Source of the DNA: a virus
Lineage: Duplodnaviria > Caudoviricetes
Direction: 5' to 3' (one strand)
Virus record (IMG/VR): IMGVR_UViG_3300020044_006097
Coordinates: 1-52,088 of that record
DNA length: 52,088 bases
Positions 39,329 through 46,644 of the stretch are shown here, piece by piece. The translations under genes and the position numbers were made by a program. A model generated the notes under the pieces. That model saw only the letters and a list, made by a program, of their open reading frames with translations. It was not told the origin of the DNA and ran no database searches. Position 1 is the first letter of the stretch. The number at the start of each line of letters is the position of its first letter.

Positions 39329-39508
39329 ATGTACTATGTAATTCAAAGCAGCACTACTCAATGCATACACTTGGTATATGCTGATTCACTACCGCTTGCA
39401 ATTGCTAAAGCAGCATGTTATAAAGCTTCTGAACTGTTTGCTTCCGCTAACAAGCAAGAAGCTAAGCAGGTGTTCAATCAACTAACTCAGGATCATCAGC
39501 ATGCGTAA
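39329..39508 (+). CDS. small plus-strand hypothetical protein, 59 aa (not in ORF track)
   Basis: MYYVIQSSTTQCIHLVYADSLPLAIAKAACYKASELFASANKQEAKQVFNQLTQDHQHA; AGGA upstream. Confidence 0.55.
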   Translation: MYYVIQSSTTQCIHLVYADSLPLAIAKAACYKASELFASANKQEAKQVFNQLTQDHQHA

Positions 39509-39623
39509 GCTAATCATCTTCCTCATTATCATTGGTCTCATTGGTTACGGTGCTAACGACCTTGCTCAATGGATAGCAGGAGACGCTATTAAGGCTCACC
39601 ATACTGCATTACAGGAGCTTTAA
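39501..39623 (+). CDS. small plus-strand membrane protein, 40 aa (not in ORF track)
   Basis: MRKLIIFLIIIGLIGYGANDLAQWIAGDAIKAHHTALQEL; AGGA RBS; 8-nt overlap with the preceding ORF. Confidence 0.6.
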   Translation: MRKLIIFLIIIGLIGYGANDLAQWIAGDAIKAHHTALQEL

Positions 39624-39724
39624 GGCTCAAGGATAGGCTAAGGTAGCAGCAGAGGGCTAGGATCGCTCAAAACGCAATACAGGAGCTTCTGGCTCAGGTA
39701 GCGCAATGCAGGTAACGCAAGGAG

Positions 39725-39869
39725 AAGCGACCCCCCCCCTACCCTCTTCAAGCGAGACATCTAAGGTGTCATGGGGGAAGGCTGGGTGGAGTAGGATCGG
39801 ATGGGGTCACGCATAAGTATAGCATTTTTCAGCGCTACTTTACACTCCCATCCCAACGCATCCCCAGCA
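39725..39869. other. probable genome-end / terminal-repeat region
   Basis: Non-coding G/C-run-rich segment (CGACCCCCCCCCTACCC, ATGGGGGAAG) between the last late gene of B and the early region of A; exact ends cannot be determined. Confidence 0.5.
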
Positions 39870-40109
39870 CTACTCAGTATCCGGGTAGAACACAGCATCG
39901 GCTAGCTCTGCCTGCAAAGCTGCACTAGCACCAAGTAATTCCAGGGTACTAGGCGCTTCATAAGCAGACATAAAGCCATCATCCTTCGTTATACACGCTA
40001 TAGCAATGCCTTTAAGCTCACCAGCACAAGCTAGGGCTAAGACACTTCGTAAGCACTTAATGACCGCAGCGGCATCCTGGGAGACTTCTACAGGCTTTAC
40101 TAGTTGCAT
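39870..40109 (-). CDS. hypothetical protein, last late gene
   Basis: 79 aa with GAGG RBS; A..GE..GIA motif. Confidence 0.65.
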   Translation of the reverse strand: MQLVKPVEVSQDAAAVIKCLRSVLALACAGELKGIAIACITKDDGFMSAYEAPSTLELLGASAALQAELADAVFYPDTE

Positions 40110-40110
40110 G

Positions 40111-40485
40111 TTATACCTCGGCGTAGGTAATGGTTAGGAAGATTTCAGCAGCGTTCGTAGCGGTGGTACTAGCAGGCGCTACACCGTTTGTAATAGTTAA
40201 GGCTAAGCCGTTACTAAATACTAGACCGTCTGAGAAGGTCCAATGCACACTGTTGTTAGGTGCACAGAACACATCTAGTAAAGATAATGCACTGTCGGTA
40301 GCGGGGTTAGGTACAGTACCCATGTTGAATAAATGCGTAGTACGCAAGGTACCTGCGGTTGCAACGGTCATACTTACACTGAGTACAACACAACGCCCAG
40401 TAGTAATTACCTGGGCGTTTGTACTAGCAGCACTTGTAATACGGGCAACCTTCACAATACGTTTGTAAAGATTAGCGTTAGACAT
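40111..40485 (-). CDS. beta-rich hypothetical protein, paralogue 2 (possible virion decoration)
   Basis: 124 aa; aligns end to end with 40488..40862. Confidence 0.7.
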   Translation of the reverse strand: MSNANLYKRIVKVARITSAASTNAQVITTGRCVVLSVSMTVATAGTLRTTHLFNMGTVPNPATDSALSLLDVFCAPNNSVHWTFSDGLVFSNGLALTITNGVAPASTTATNAAEIFLTITYAEV

Positions 40486-40487
40486 TG

Positions 40488-40862
40488 TTATATCTCAGAA
40501 ATGACGAAAGTCAGGAAGACTTCACCTAAGGCTACACCGGTTGAACTACTAGGTGATAAGCCATCAGTAATAGTCACACCTAAGCCGTACTCAAACACTA
40601 ACCCCTCGGGGAAGGGTAAGTGCACGATGTTATTAGGTGGGCAGGGTATATTTAATACACAAGCGAATTCAAGTGCAGGCCCAGGTACACTAGTAGAGTC
40701 AAAGAAGTGTGCAGTCCTGTTAGTACCTGCGCCAAATACTATCATAGTTATACTGTGCACTAAACAACGGCGGGGAAAGTTCACATGTGCACTTATACCC
40801 CCGTTGGTACTAGTCACCCTCCGAGTAATAGGCTTACGCTTATACAAGGTGGCGTTAGACAT
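40488..40862 (-). CDS. beta-rich hypothetical protein, paralogue 1 (possible virion decoration)
   Basis: 124 aa; shares MSNA.LYKR, PNN.VH, GLVF..GL..TIT.G and E.FLT motifs with its neighbour. Confidence 0.7.
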   Translation of the reverse strand: MSNATLYKRKPITRRVTSTNGGISAHVNFPRRCLVHSITMIVFGAGTNRTAHFFDSTSVPGPALEFACVLNIPCPPNNIVHLPFPEGLVFEYGLGVTITDGLSPSSSTGVALGEVFLTFVISEI

Positions 40863-41053
40863 TATGCAGCTACCACGATATCAAGAGCGGTCTTCAGTGC
40901 AGTCAACTGTGCGTTGATAGCAGTACGCTCGTTAGTGGTCAGTTTAGCTTGAGGACGAGAACCTTGAACGATTTGTTGAAGGACGTGCTGAGTTTTCTCT
41001 ACAGCTTCACGGGTAGCGTTGATTTGAGCAAGAGTTGCGTTTTGAATAGCCAT
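40862..41053 (-). CDS. small helical hypothetical protein
   Basis: 63 aa with AGGTG RBS; two amphipathic helices. Confidence 0.65.
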   Translation of the reverse strand: MAIQNATLAQINATREAVEKTQHVLQQIVQGSRPQAKLTTNERTAINAQLTALKTALDIVVAA

Positions 41054-41054
41054 G

Positions 41055-41270
41055 TTACTTCACCTTTGGATTATGCCCGTTTTGGGCGTTACATAAATCT
41101 ACAGCAGCACTGTATTCAGTTACTGCATTTACTAAACCAGCATTAGTGCTGGGGTTAATTACTGGATGATTGCACTTTACCGGTTTTACAATTACTGTTC
41201 TTGCACAACCCGGCAACAACAGCATCAGGCACAGCAGTACCGGCCCAATCTTGGTTAGCTTCGAGAGCAT
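41055..41270 (-). CDS. o-spanin (Rz1-like lipoprotein)
   Basis: Lipobox LPGC; overlaps the Rz 3' end; C-terminal Cys. Confidence 0.85.
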   Translation of the reverse strand: MLSKLTKIGPVLLCLMLLLPGCARTVIVKPVKCNHPVINPSTNAGLVNAVTEYSAAVDLCNAQNGHNPKVK

Positions 41271-41484
41271 TAGTTACCTCCTGCCTTTGGATGTTAGCTG
41301 CCTGCGCAACTTCTTGTACATACTCCTGAGAGGCTCTGTACGCTTCAGCAGTCGCTTTTAGCTCTACTATAGTACCCTTGGCTTCCTGGAGGTCTGAACG
41401 TGCCTGAAACAGCAGGTAAAGGCTTCCAGCGCTAACTAAGAGTAGTACAAGAAATACTAAAGCTATAATTAGTCTAGTTTGCAT
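41155..41484 (-). CDS. i-spanin (Rz-like)
   Basis: N-terminal TM helix, coiled coil, WAGTAVPDAV motif. Confidence 0.85.
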   Translation of the reverse strand: MQTRLIIALVFLVLLLVSAGSLYLLFQARSDLQEAKGTIVELKATAEAYRASQEYVQEVAQAANIQRQEVTNALEANQDWAGTAVPDAVVAGLCKNSNCKTGKVQSSSN

Positions 41485-41965
41485 AAACACCTCTTAGGCA
41501 TAGTGCAGTCTCTTCGTGTCTGCGGGTAATCAAGCCGGGGAGCACTTTACCCTTAGCGTACCGCCATCTAGGTAGTTGCTTACAGGCTGCTTCAAGGTCA
41601 CCCTGCTTAGCGAGCTTAGCTAGGGTACTAGAGCATAGATTACCAGCGCCTACATTGAATGTAAAGCTGATTAAGGCTGCTTCAGTCTCTAAGGGTAGGG
41701 TAGTACCTACACAGCGGTGAACGGCCTTCTGAGCGGTGCGCAAGTCCTTTACAAAGAACTGTGTGCATTGCTCCTTAGAGAAGTGCTGACCCAAGGCTAA
41801 CCTAGGACTAGTATGCCCTACACAAGCTGTTAAGATACCTACTGGGTCTACATAGACCTTAGGCACCTCACCTTCATACTTATACGCTACAGAACCGCCC
41901 AGGGCTAATGCCCCAGACAGCCCAGCAGCGGTTAGTCTTGCTTTGATCGACATGATTTCACCCAC
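41474..41965 (-). CDS. SAR endolysin, GH24 (copy B)
   Basis: Orthologue of 232..723. Confidence 0.92.
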   Translation of the reverse strand: MGEIMSIKARLTAAGLSGALALGGSVAYKYEGEVPKVYVDPVGILTACVGHTSPRLALGQHFSKEQCTQFFVKDLRTAQKAVHRCVGTTLPLETEAALISFTFNVGAGNLCSSTLAKLAKQGDLEAACKQLPRWRYAKGKVLPGLITRRHEETALCLRGVYAN

Positions 41966-42138
41966 AACTTGATTTGATTGTACGCCTTAGGCGCGGTGAT
42001 GATCACTAAACAGATACCATAAATCAACATAACAATAGAAACTACGTCTGCGATACTTACACCAGCTATATAAAGGGTACCATAGCCGACCATAGGTGCG
42101 GCTTTTGCAGTTTCCACTGCTACATCATGCTGAATCAT
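41932..42138 (-). CDS. holin (copy B)
   Basis: Orthologue of 690..896. Confidence 0.75.
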   Translation of the reverse strand: MIQHDVAVETAKAAPMVGYGTLYIAGVSIADVVSIVMLIYGICLVIITAPKAYNQIKLWVKSCRSKQD

Positions 42139-43922
42139 CTGCTTAGGCCTCTGCGCCTCAGCGCTTTAGGGGAACGTTTATCAATAATTGGTACTCTGCC
42201 GGTACCCATAGGGTCTTTAATGAAGGCTAGAGCGTCTGCTTTCTCCCTAGCGCGCTGACATTTCTCTTCATCTAACACTAAGTTAGGTGATAAGGTACGT
42301 ACTAGCATTTCGAGAGAGTCCAACCGGTCATCTTTATTGAGACAACCACGGTCGGTGGTGATGTTGTGCATCTGATGGAACAAAGAACGGGTAACACGCT
42401 TATCCATTGGGTACTGTTTTAGGTACTCAAGGTCCATATCAAGAGCTTTTCGGTGCACTATCAAGCGGTGACGTTGAATAACAGGGCGCAGTGTTGCTAT
42501 AATACGCGCTTCTTTCTGCCCAGTAGAGTGAATATCTTCGACACTTACACCAGGTACACGCTGTTTACCGGTGGTACCTGCACCTAAGAAGTAGTTAAGG
42601 ACAAGTTTACCTACTACACCTGCACCCATATTGTCTTCAATGATTACTCGCTTAACGCCAAAGGCTAGTACAATATCCGCTAGCTTCTCTAAGTTATCAT
42701 CTGATAGGCCACCACGTAAACCGCCAACACCAATTAGGTGTATGTAAGGCCCGATGTTACCACCAATAGAGAACGCCAGTTCATCACCGCCTGCACCTGC
42801 GGGGTCAATAGTCATTACAATCTGCCCTAAGGGGACAAACTTATCAGACATAAACCCAGGGCGGTACAGTTCCGGTTTAGACACTGGGAAGGATGCATCA
42901 AACTCTAAGCGTAGCCTGGGCTCAGCAGCCCAACCAATTATCTCTGGTACGTGCTCTGAGGTGAGATCAGCTACAATTAAGTCACGCAACCGCAGTTGTT
43001 GCCTTGCTGCATCCATCAAGGATGTATCCAGCATGTACTGTAACTGGTAATACTCAGGACCACCCTCAAGCTCTTTACCTTGTGCTGCCTCTTCATCGTA
43101 GCGCTCTGGGTCACTAACCCAACCTCGTTGCCCAGTAAGACCACCACCGGATTGACAGCGATCACCCAAGACTTGCATACGCTCTACAACAGCAGGGGCT
43201 AAATGTTCACCGTAGTGTTCCATTTCCTCTAAGGTAGGGAAGCGGCCAGGCCATATACGAACAGTGTACCCACGCGCCGGGAGGTTGTTATAGATTGACT
43301 CCTTAGTCTGGGGTGTACCTAGGTAGAGGATACGGCTACCTTTATCAGCACAGATAGCAGAGAACTCCTTAGTAAGGTGTTCTAACGTCTCGCGCTGCTT
43401 AGCGGTTAAACCATTCTTATTGGTCTCTACGTCATCAGGGATAAGTAAGTCAGCCCGGTAACCAGCAATACCAGCGGTAATACCTTTACATACCACAGAT
43501 GCAGATTTGTTAATACCTTTCAGCACCCAATGTACATCGAACTCTAACAGGGATGTTTTATCCCCAGCAGTACCATCTGGTGTAAGGTAGTCAACTAAAG
43601 GCATCCGTTTAATAATGCGGTAGATAAGGGTACCGTTTTCAGCGGCCTTATCTTCACCGCCAGACACAAGCATAACGCGCTTACTAGGGTCTTGTATTAA
43701 AGTCCATACTGCAAATATACAGGCAATTGTGGATTTTGCCTCACCACGCTGGGCTGACACCATGGCCAACTCAGGGCAGTCTTGCATGAAGTTCGCAATA
43801 TCCTGTTGCATCCATGTCATTTTGAACCCAAGGAACGTCATTACGTACTCGCAGAAGTCTACGAACCGTGGGTATAGCTCCTTGACTATAATAGCTTTCT
43901 GAATACGTTCCTCTGGTGTCAT
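42135..43922 (-). CDS. terL: terminase large subunit (copy B)
   Basis: Same length and motifs as 893..2680. Confidence 0.95.
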   Translation of the reverse strand: MTPEERIQKAIIVKELYPRFVDFCEYVMTFLGFKMTWMQQDIANFMQDCPELAMVSAQRGEAKSTIACIFAVWTLIQDPSKRVMLVSGGEDKAAENGTLIYRIIKRMPLVDYLTPDGTAGDKTSLLEFDVHWVLKGINKSASVVCKGITAGIAGYRADLLIPDDVETNKNGLTAKQRETLEHLTKEFSAICADKGSRILYLGTPQTKESIYNNLPARGYTVRIWPGRFPTLEEMEHYGEHLAPAVVERMQVLGDRCQSGGGLTGQRGWVSDPERYDEEAAQGKELEGGPEYYQLQYMLDTSLMDAARQQLRLRDLIVADLTSEHVPEIIGWAAEPRLRLEFDASFPVSKPELYRPGFMSDKFVPLGQIVMTIDPAGAGGDELAFSIGGNIGPYIHLIGVGGLRGGLSDDNLEKLADIVLAFGVKRVIIEDNMGAGVVGKLVLNYFLGAGTTGKQRVPGVSVEDIHSTGQKEARIIATLRPVIQRHRLIVHRKALDMDLEYLKQYPMDKRVTRSLFHQMHNITTDRGCLNKDDRLDSLEMLVRTLSPNLVLDEEKCQRAREKADALAFIKDPMGTGRVPIIDKRSPKALRRRGLSR

Positions 43923-44215
43923 TGCATACTACCCTTGTATAAATCTAGTATATCCGCCTCGGATGCTTTAACCGCAGCTAAAGCAGAACCTGTACGACCC
44001 TTATCCACTAACTGCTCACGAAGGGCAGTTAAAGCGTCCGTATCCCCGGGGGTGTACGCCATGTTGTTAATCTGAAGGAATCTGATAATAGCGGCTTTAT
44101 CAGCCGCTGCTATTGGTAAACCTTCCGCTACAGCGACCTTAACTTCGTTGAGTAACTGTTGGGTAAATAAACCAAACAATTCATCAAGCTGATCACCTAC
44201 ATCTTTGTTTGGCAT
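43919..44215 (-). CDS. terS: terminase small subunit (copy B)
   Basis: Orthologue of 2677..2976. Confidence 0.82.
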   Translation of the reverse strand: MPNKDVGDQLDELFGLFTQQLLNEVKVAVAEGLPIAAADKAAIIRFLQINNMAYTPGDTDALTALREQLVDKGRTGSALAAVKASEADILDLYKGSMQ

Positions 44216-44218
44216 ATA

Positions 44219-44257
44219 TTACCCTTGATTGATTTTTGATACATCACCATTTGGCAT
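44219..44257 (-). pseudogene. abortive terS 5' remnant (MPNGDVSKINQG*)
   Basis: AGGAG RBS; MPNGDV matches the terS starts MPNKDV and MPNNDV. Confidence 0.6.
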
Positions 44258-44270
44258 TTAAACTCCTAGA

Positions 44271-44523
44271 TTACATTAAGGATATACTCATGTACGATGT
44301 AGCGACGCGCAGCCCGGGGCTAGTGCCAGTGATTTGACTCACAAACGCTAATGTATCACCTACCGCTAAGAGTAAATCAATAGCACCTGACGCGGTGAAA
44401 AAAGACGCGGACACAGTTGCAGCAGGTATTGGCATACCTTCCTCCTTAGCCACTTTTACTTCCCCTAACAACTGCTCAGTAAATATTTCAAACAGTTGCT
44501 CTAGTAACTGCGCCTTTGTCCAT
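44271..44523 (-). pseudogene. chimeric remnant: frameshifted terS 5' fragment fused to a probable tail-fibre C-terminus
   Basis: LEQLFEIFTEQLLGEVKVAKEEGMPIPAA aligns with terS; ATG at 44523 is one base out of frame; the remainder is an unrelated beta-strand segment. Confidence 0.75.
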
Positions 44524-44524
44524 A

Positions 44525-46642
44525 CTATGATCCAGTCAAGTAGTACATAGGCTCCCAATCAATATTTAATACATGATTAGAGCCGGTTGTTAATCTTTTG
44601 TATCCAAAAAGCCTGCGCACTGATCCGGCACTTCCTGCTGTAGCTCCAAGCTCAATAAAATGAGTATACCCAGCAGCATAACTTCCTGTTGTTGGCATTG
44701 CTGTTCCGCTTGCGAATCCACCATTGCCTGAACCACCCAAAACTATTCCAGCAGGAAGATACCATGATCCTTGCTTTAGGTTTGTGCTTGCAACATCAGA
44801 ATAAATAATTCTGGCGCTTTCAATAACTCCCATATACAACGAAAGGCCATTACTGGAATGCTGTGAAACGAACTCAGGAACAGATGCTGCCCCACGAATA
44901 CGAAAACCTTCTTTACTGAATCTCGCTGATTGTCCCGGATTCCCGGCGCCTCCGTTGGTATTAGCAATATCCGTGTTTGCAGCAAAACAAATAGGCCTAT
45001 TTGAATAAAGCCCGTTAGACGGGGTCGCCTGTAAAGTTGTCCCTGTTCCCGCCGCATCAGTTACCTGATTTCCTCCAAGCGAGTTATATATTACGCTCCT
45101 ATTTCCAACATTAAATAATACCGGCTGATTTCCTTCGACATAGCAATTTATATAAGCAGACCATTGAGGTTTTGATGAATTTCCAAAATAACCACCAACA
45201 CTATTTATGTCAGCCTCACAAGATATGTAAGTATTCCCTAGCAAAGAGTCATCGTAAAAGCCCCAGCCTGTATTTTGAAAGGTACGACATCCATCAAATT
45301 TACAGGCATTGGCGTCATTGCCAAAAATGTAGAACCCTGATATGGTATTAGATACCGCTGAGCAGTTTTTAAGTTCACACCCATTTGCGTTTCCATTAAC
45401 CCCAGTATCTGATCCGGCAATAATAGCAAAAGGATTTCCGCTTAAACCGGTAACATAAATCTCATCAGCATAGATAGGGCATGTTGTCATTAACCCGCGA
45501 ACACCAGTAGGCGCCGTTGTTTTTGGCTTAATGTAAAATCCTTTCAATGAGGATCGCCTAGCGTCACCAGAATACCCCGGAACAGATGTTGAGCTATGAA
45601 TAAAAAGAATTGCCGCATTGAATGGTGACGCTAAATAGGCCCCTGAAGACGCTAAACTAAATCCAACATTTTCTCTTGTCCTACCAACTAATTTGACAGG
45701 CTTATAAAATACTAAAGTTTCACTGATTAGATATTTACCTAAATTTATTGTTGAGCCAGAAGGGGCGGCAGCTATTAGATTTTTCCATGTAGCAGAATCA
45801 TCATTAACTTCATCACCTATAGCCCCGAACATTTCGGGGGTATAATACCCGTCTAATATCGCATCCCAATAAAACCCAGGAGTTGCTGTATTGCAGCGTG
45901 TGCCCCCATTATTAGTAATAGAACCCGATTTACTAATGTAGCTTAATGTACCTATCCCTGCTACAGTATGCCCTTTCGTCTGTACTACCTGGCCCGCTCC
46001 CACTGTAGGGGTATTTAGTAAATCCGCATAAGTATTTACCCTACGAGGGAAAAGGTTATATAGCGTAATAATAAAATCACTCAGCGTAGGGCCGCGCTTT
46101 AATAGCTTACCAGTGGTTCCGTTATATAACGCAATCTCATCGGTCAAAGATGATACAGGCCCTGAAACCTCAGACCCAGTCAACTCACTATACGGACGTA
46201 TCGCAGGTTGCCCTTGATCGTCAAATAATAAGGCACCATTAGCTCGCGTAGCGGCGTCTGGTAACTCGTTTAAATTATCATCTGCGCGCAAAGTCTTTAG
46301 GAAGTTGTTGGCATTATTTTTAAATTCCGCCCAAGACTCTTGAAACGCATACAGTAAAGCCTTCCAATTATAATCCGCAAGCCGTGTTAGGAACGGTACA
46401 CCCTCTGAAAATATATAGGATACTTTAGTGGCATCAGTGTTACGAAAGACTCGTACTATAGCTCCAGCCGCAGGGGCTGGGCTAATACTCACGACACCGG
46501 GTGTAGCAAAAGTGAACGCCGTAGGTACAACGTTCACTGTTACAGATACATCAGAAGACTTCAGGTAATCAAAGCCGATTGCAAATTGGGTAGTAGTACC
46601 ATTACCTGTGTATACATTATCAGTTGCTGGCACTATAGCCAT
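44525..46642 (-). CDS. tail fibre/tail spike with probable beta-helix depolymerase (copy B; start re-called at 46642)
   Basis: Anchor homologous to 3015..5045; TPEMFGAIGDEVNDDS pectate-lyase-3-like start; C-terminal region unrelated to copy A. Confidence 0.88.
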   Translation of the reverse strand: MAIVPATDNVYTGNGTTTQFAIGFDYLKSSDVSVTVNVVPTAFTFATPGVVSISPAPAAGAIVRVFRNTDATKVSYIFSEGVPFLTRLADYNWKALLYAFQESWAEFKNNANNFLKTLRADDNLNELPDAATRANGALLFDDQGQPAIRPYSELTGSEVSGPVSSLTDEIALYNGTTGKLLKRGPTLSDFIITLYNLFPRRVNTYADLLNTPTVGAGQVVQTKGHTVAGIGTLSYISKSGSITNNGGTRCNTATPGFYWDAILDGYYTPEMFGAIGDEVNDDSATWKNLIAAAPSGSTINLGKYLISETLVFYKPVKLVGRTRENVGFSLASSGAYLASPFNAAILFIHSSTSVPGYSGDARRSSLKGFYIKPKTTAPTGVRGLMTTCPIYADEIYVTGLSGNPFAIIAGSDTGVNGNANGCELKNCSAVSNTISGFYIFGNDANACKFDGCRTFQNTGWGFYDDSLLGNTYISCEADINSVGGYFGNSSKPQWSAYINCYVEGNQPVLFNVGNRSVIYNSLGGNQVTDAAGTGTTLQATPSNGLYSNRPICFAANTDIANTNGGAGNPGQSARFSKEGFRIRGAASVPEFVSQHSSNGLSLYMGVIESARIIYSDVASTNLKQGSWYLPAGIVLGGSGNGGFASGTAMPTTGSYAAGYTHFIELGATAGSAGSVRRLFGYKRLTTGSNHVLNIDWEPMYYLTGS

Positions 46643-46644
46643 GA

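Larger units (their letters stand above)
1..39800 (-). mobile_element. phiKMV-like Autographiviridae phage genome, copy A (nearly complete; extreme right end lies outside the window)
   Basis: Co-oriented T7-supergroup gene set with RNAP placed between the replication and structural genes, and terminases and lysis genes after the tail fibre. The boundary with copy B is approximate. Confidence 0.93.

Noticed and set aside
38800-39330. Short repeats as a CRISPR array or DGR template
   Set aside because: Repeats are 12 bp or shorter with irregular spacing; no cas or reverse transcriptase gene; no adenine-specific variant pair seen.
39806-39833. GTCACGCATAA-GTATAG resembles the XerC arm of a dif site, which could explain integrase-free tandem insertion
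   Set aside because: The XerD arm (TTATGTTAAAT) is absent (CATTTTTCAGC is found instead); the segment fits an ordinary phage end region better.
44271-44558. 95-aa ORF as a genuine gene (e.g. tail-fibre chaperone)
   Set aside because: Its start lies inside the spike gene and the product is a terS fragment fused to unrelated sequence; treated as a scar.
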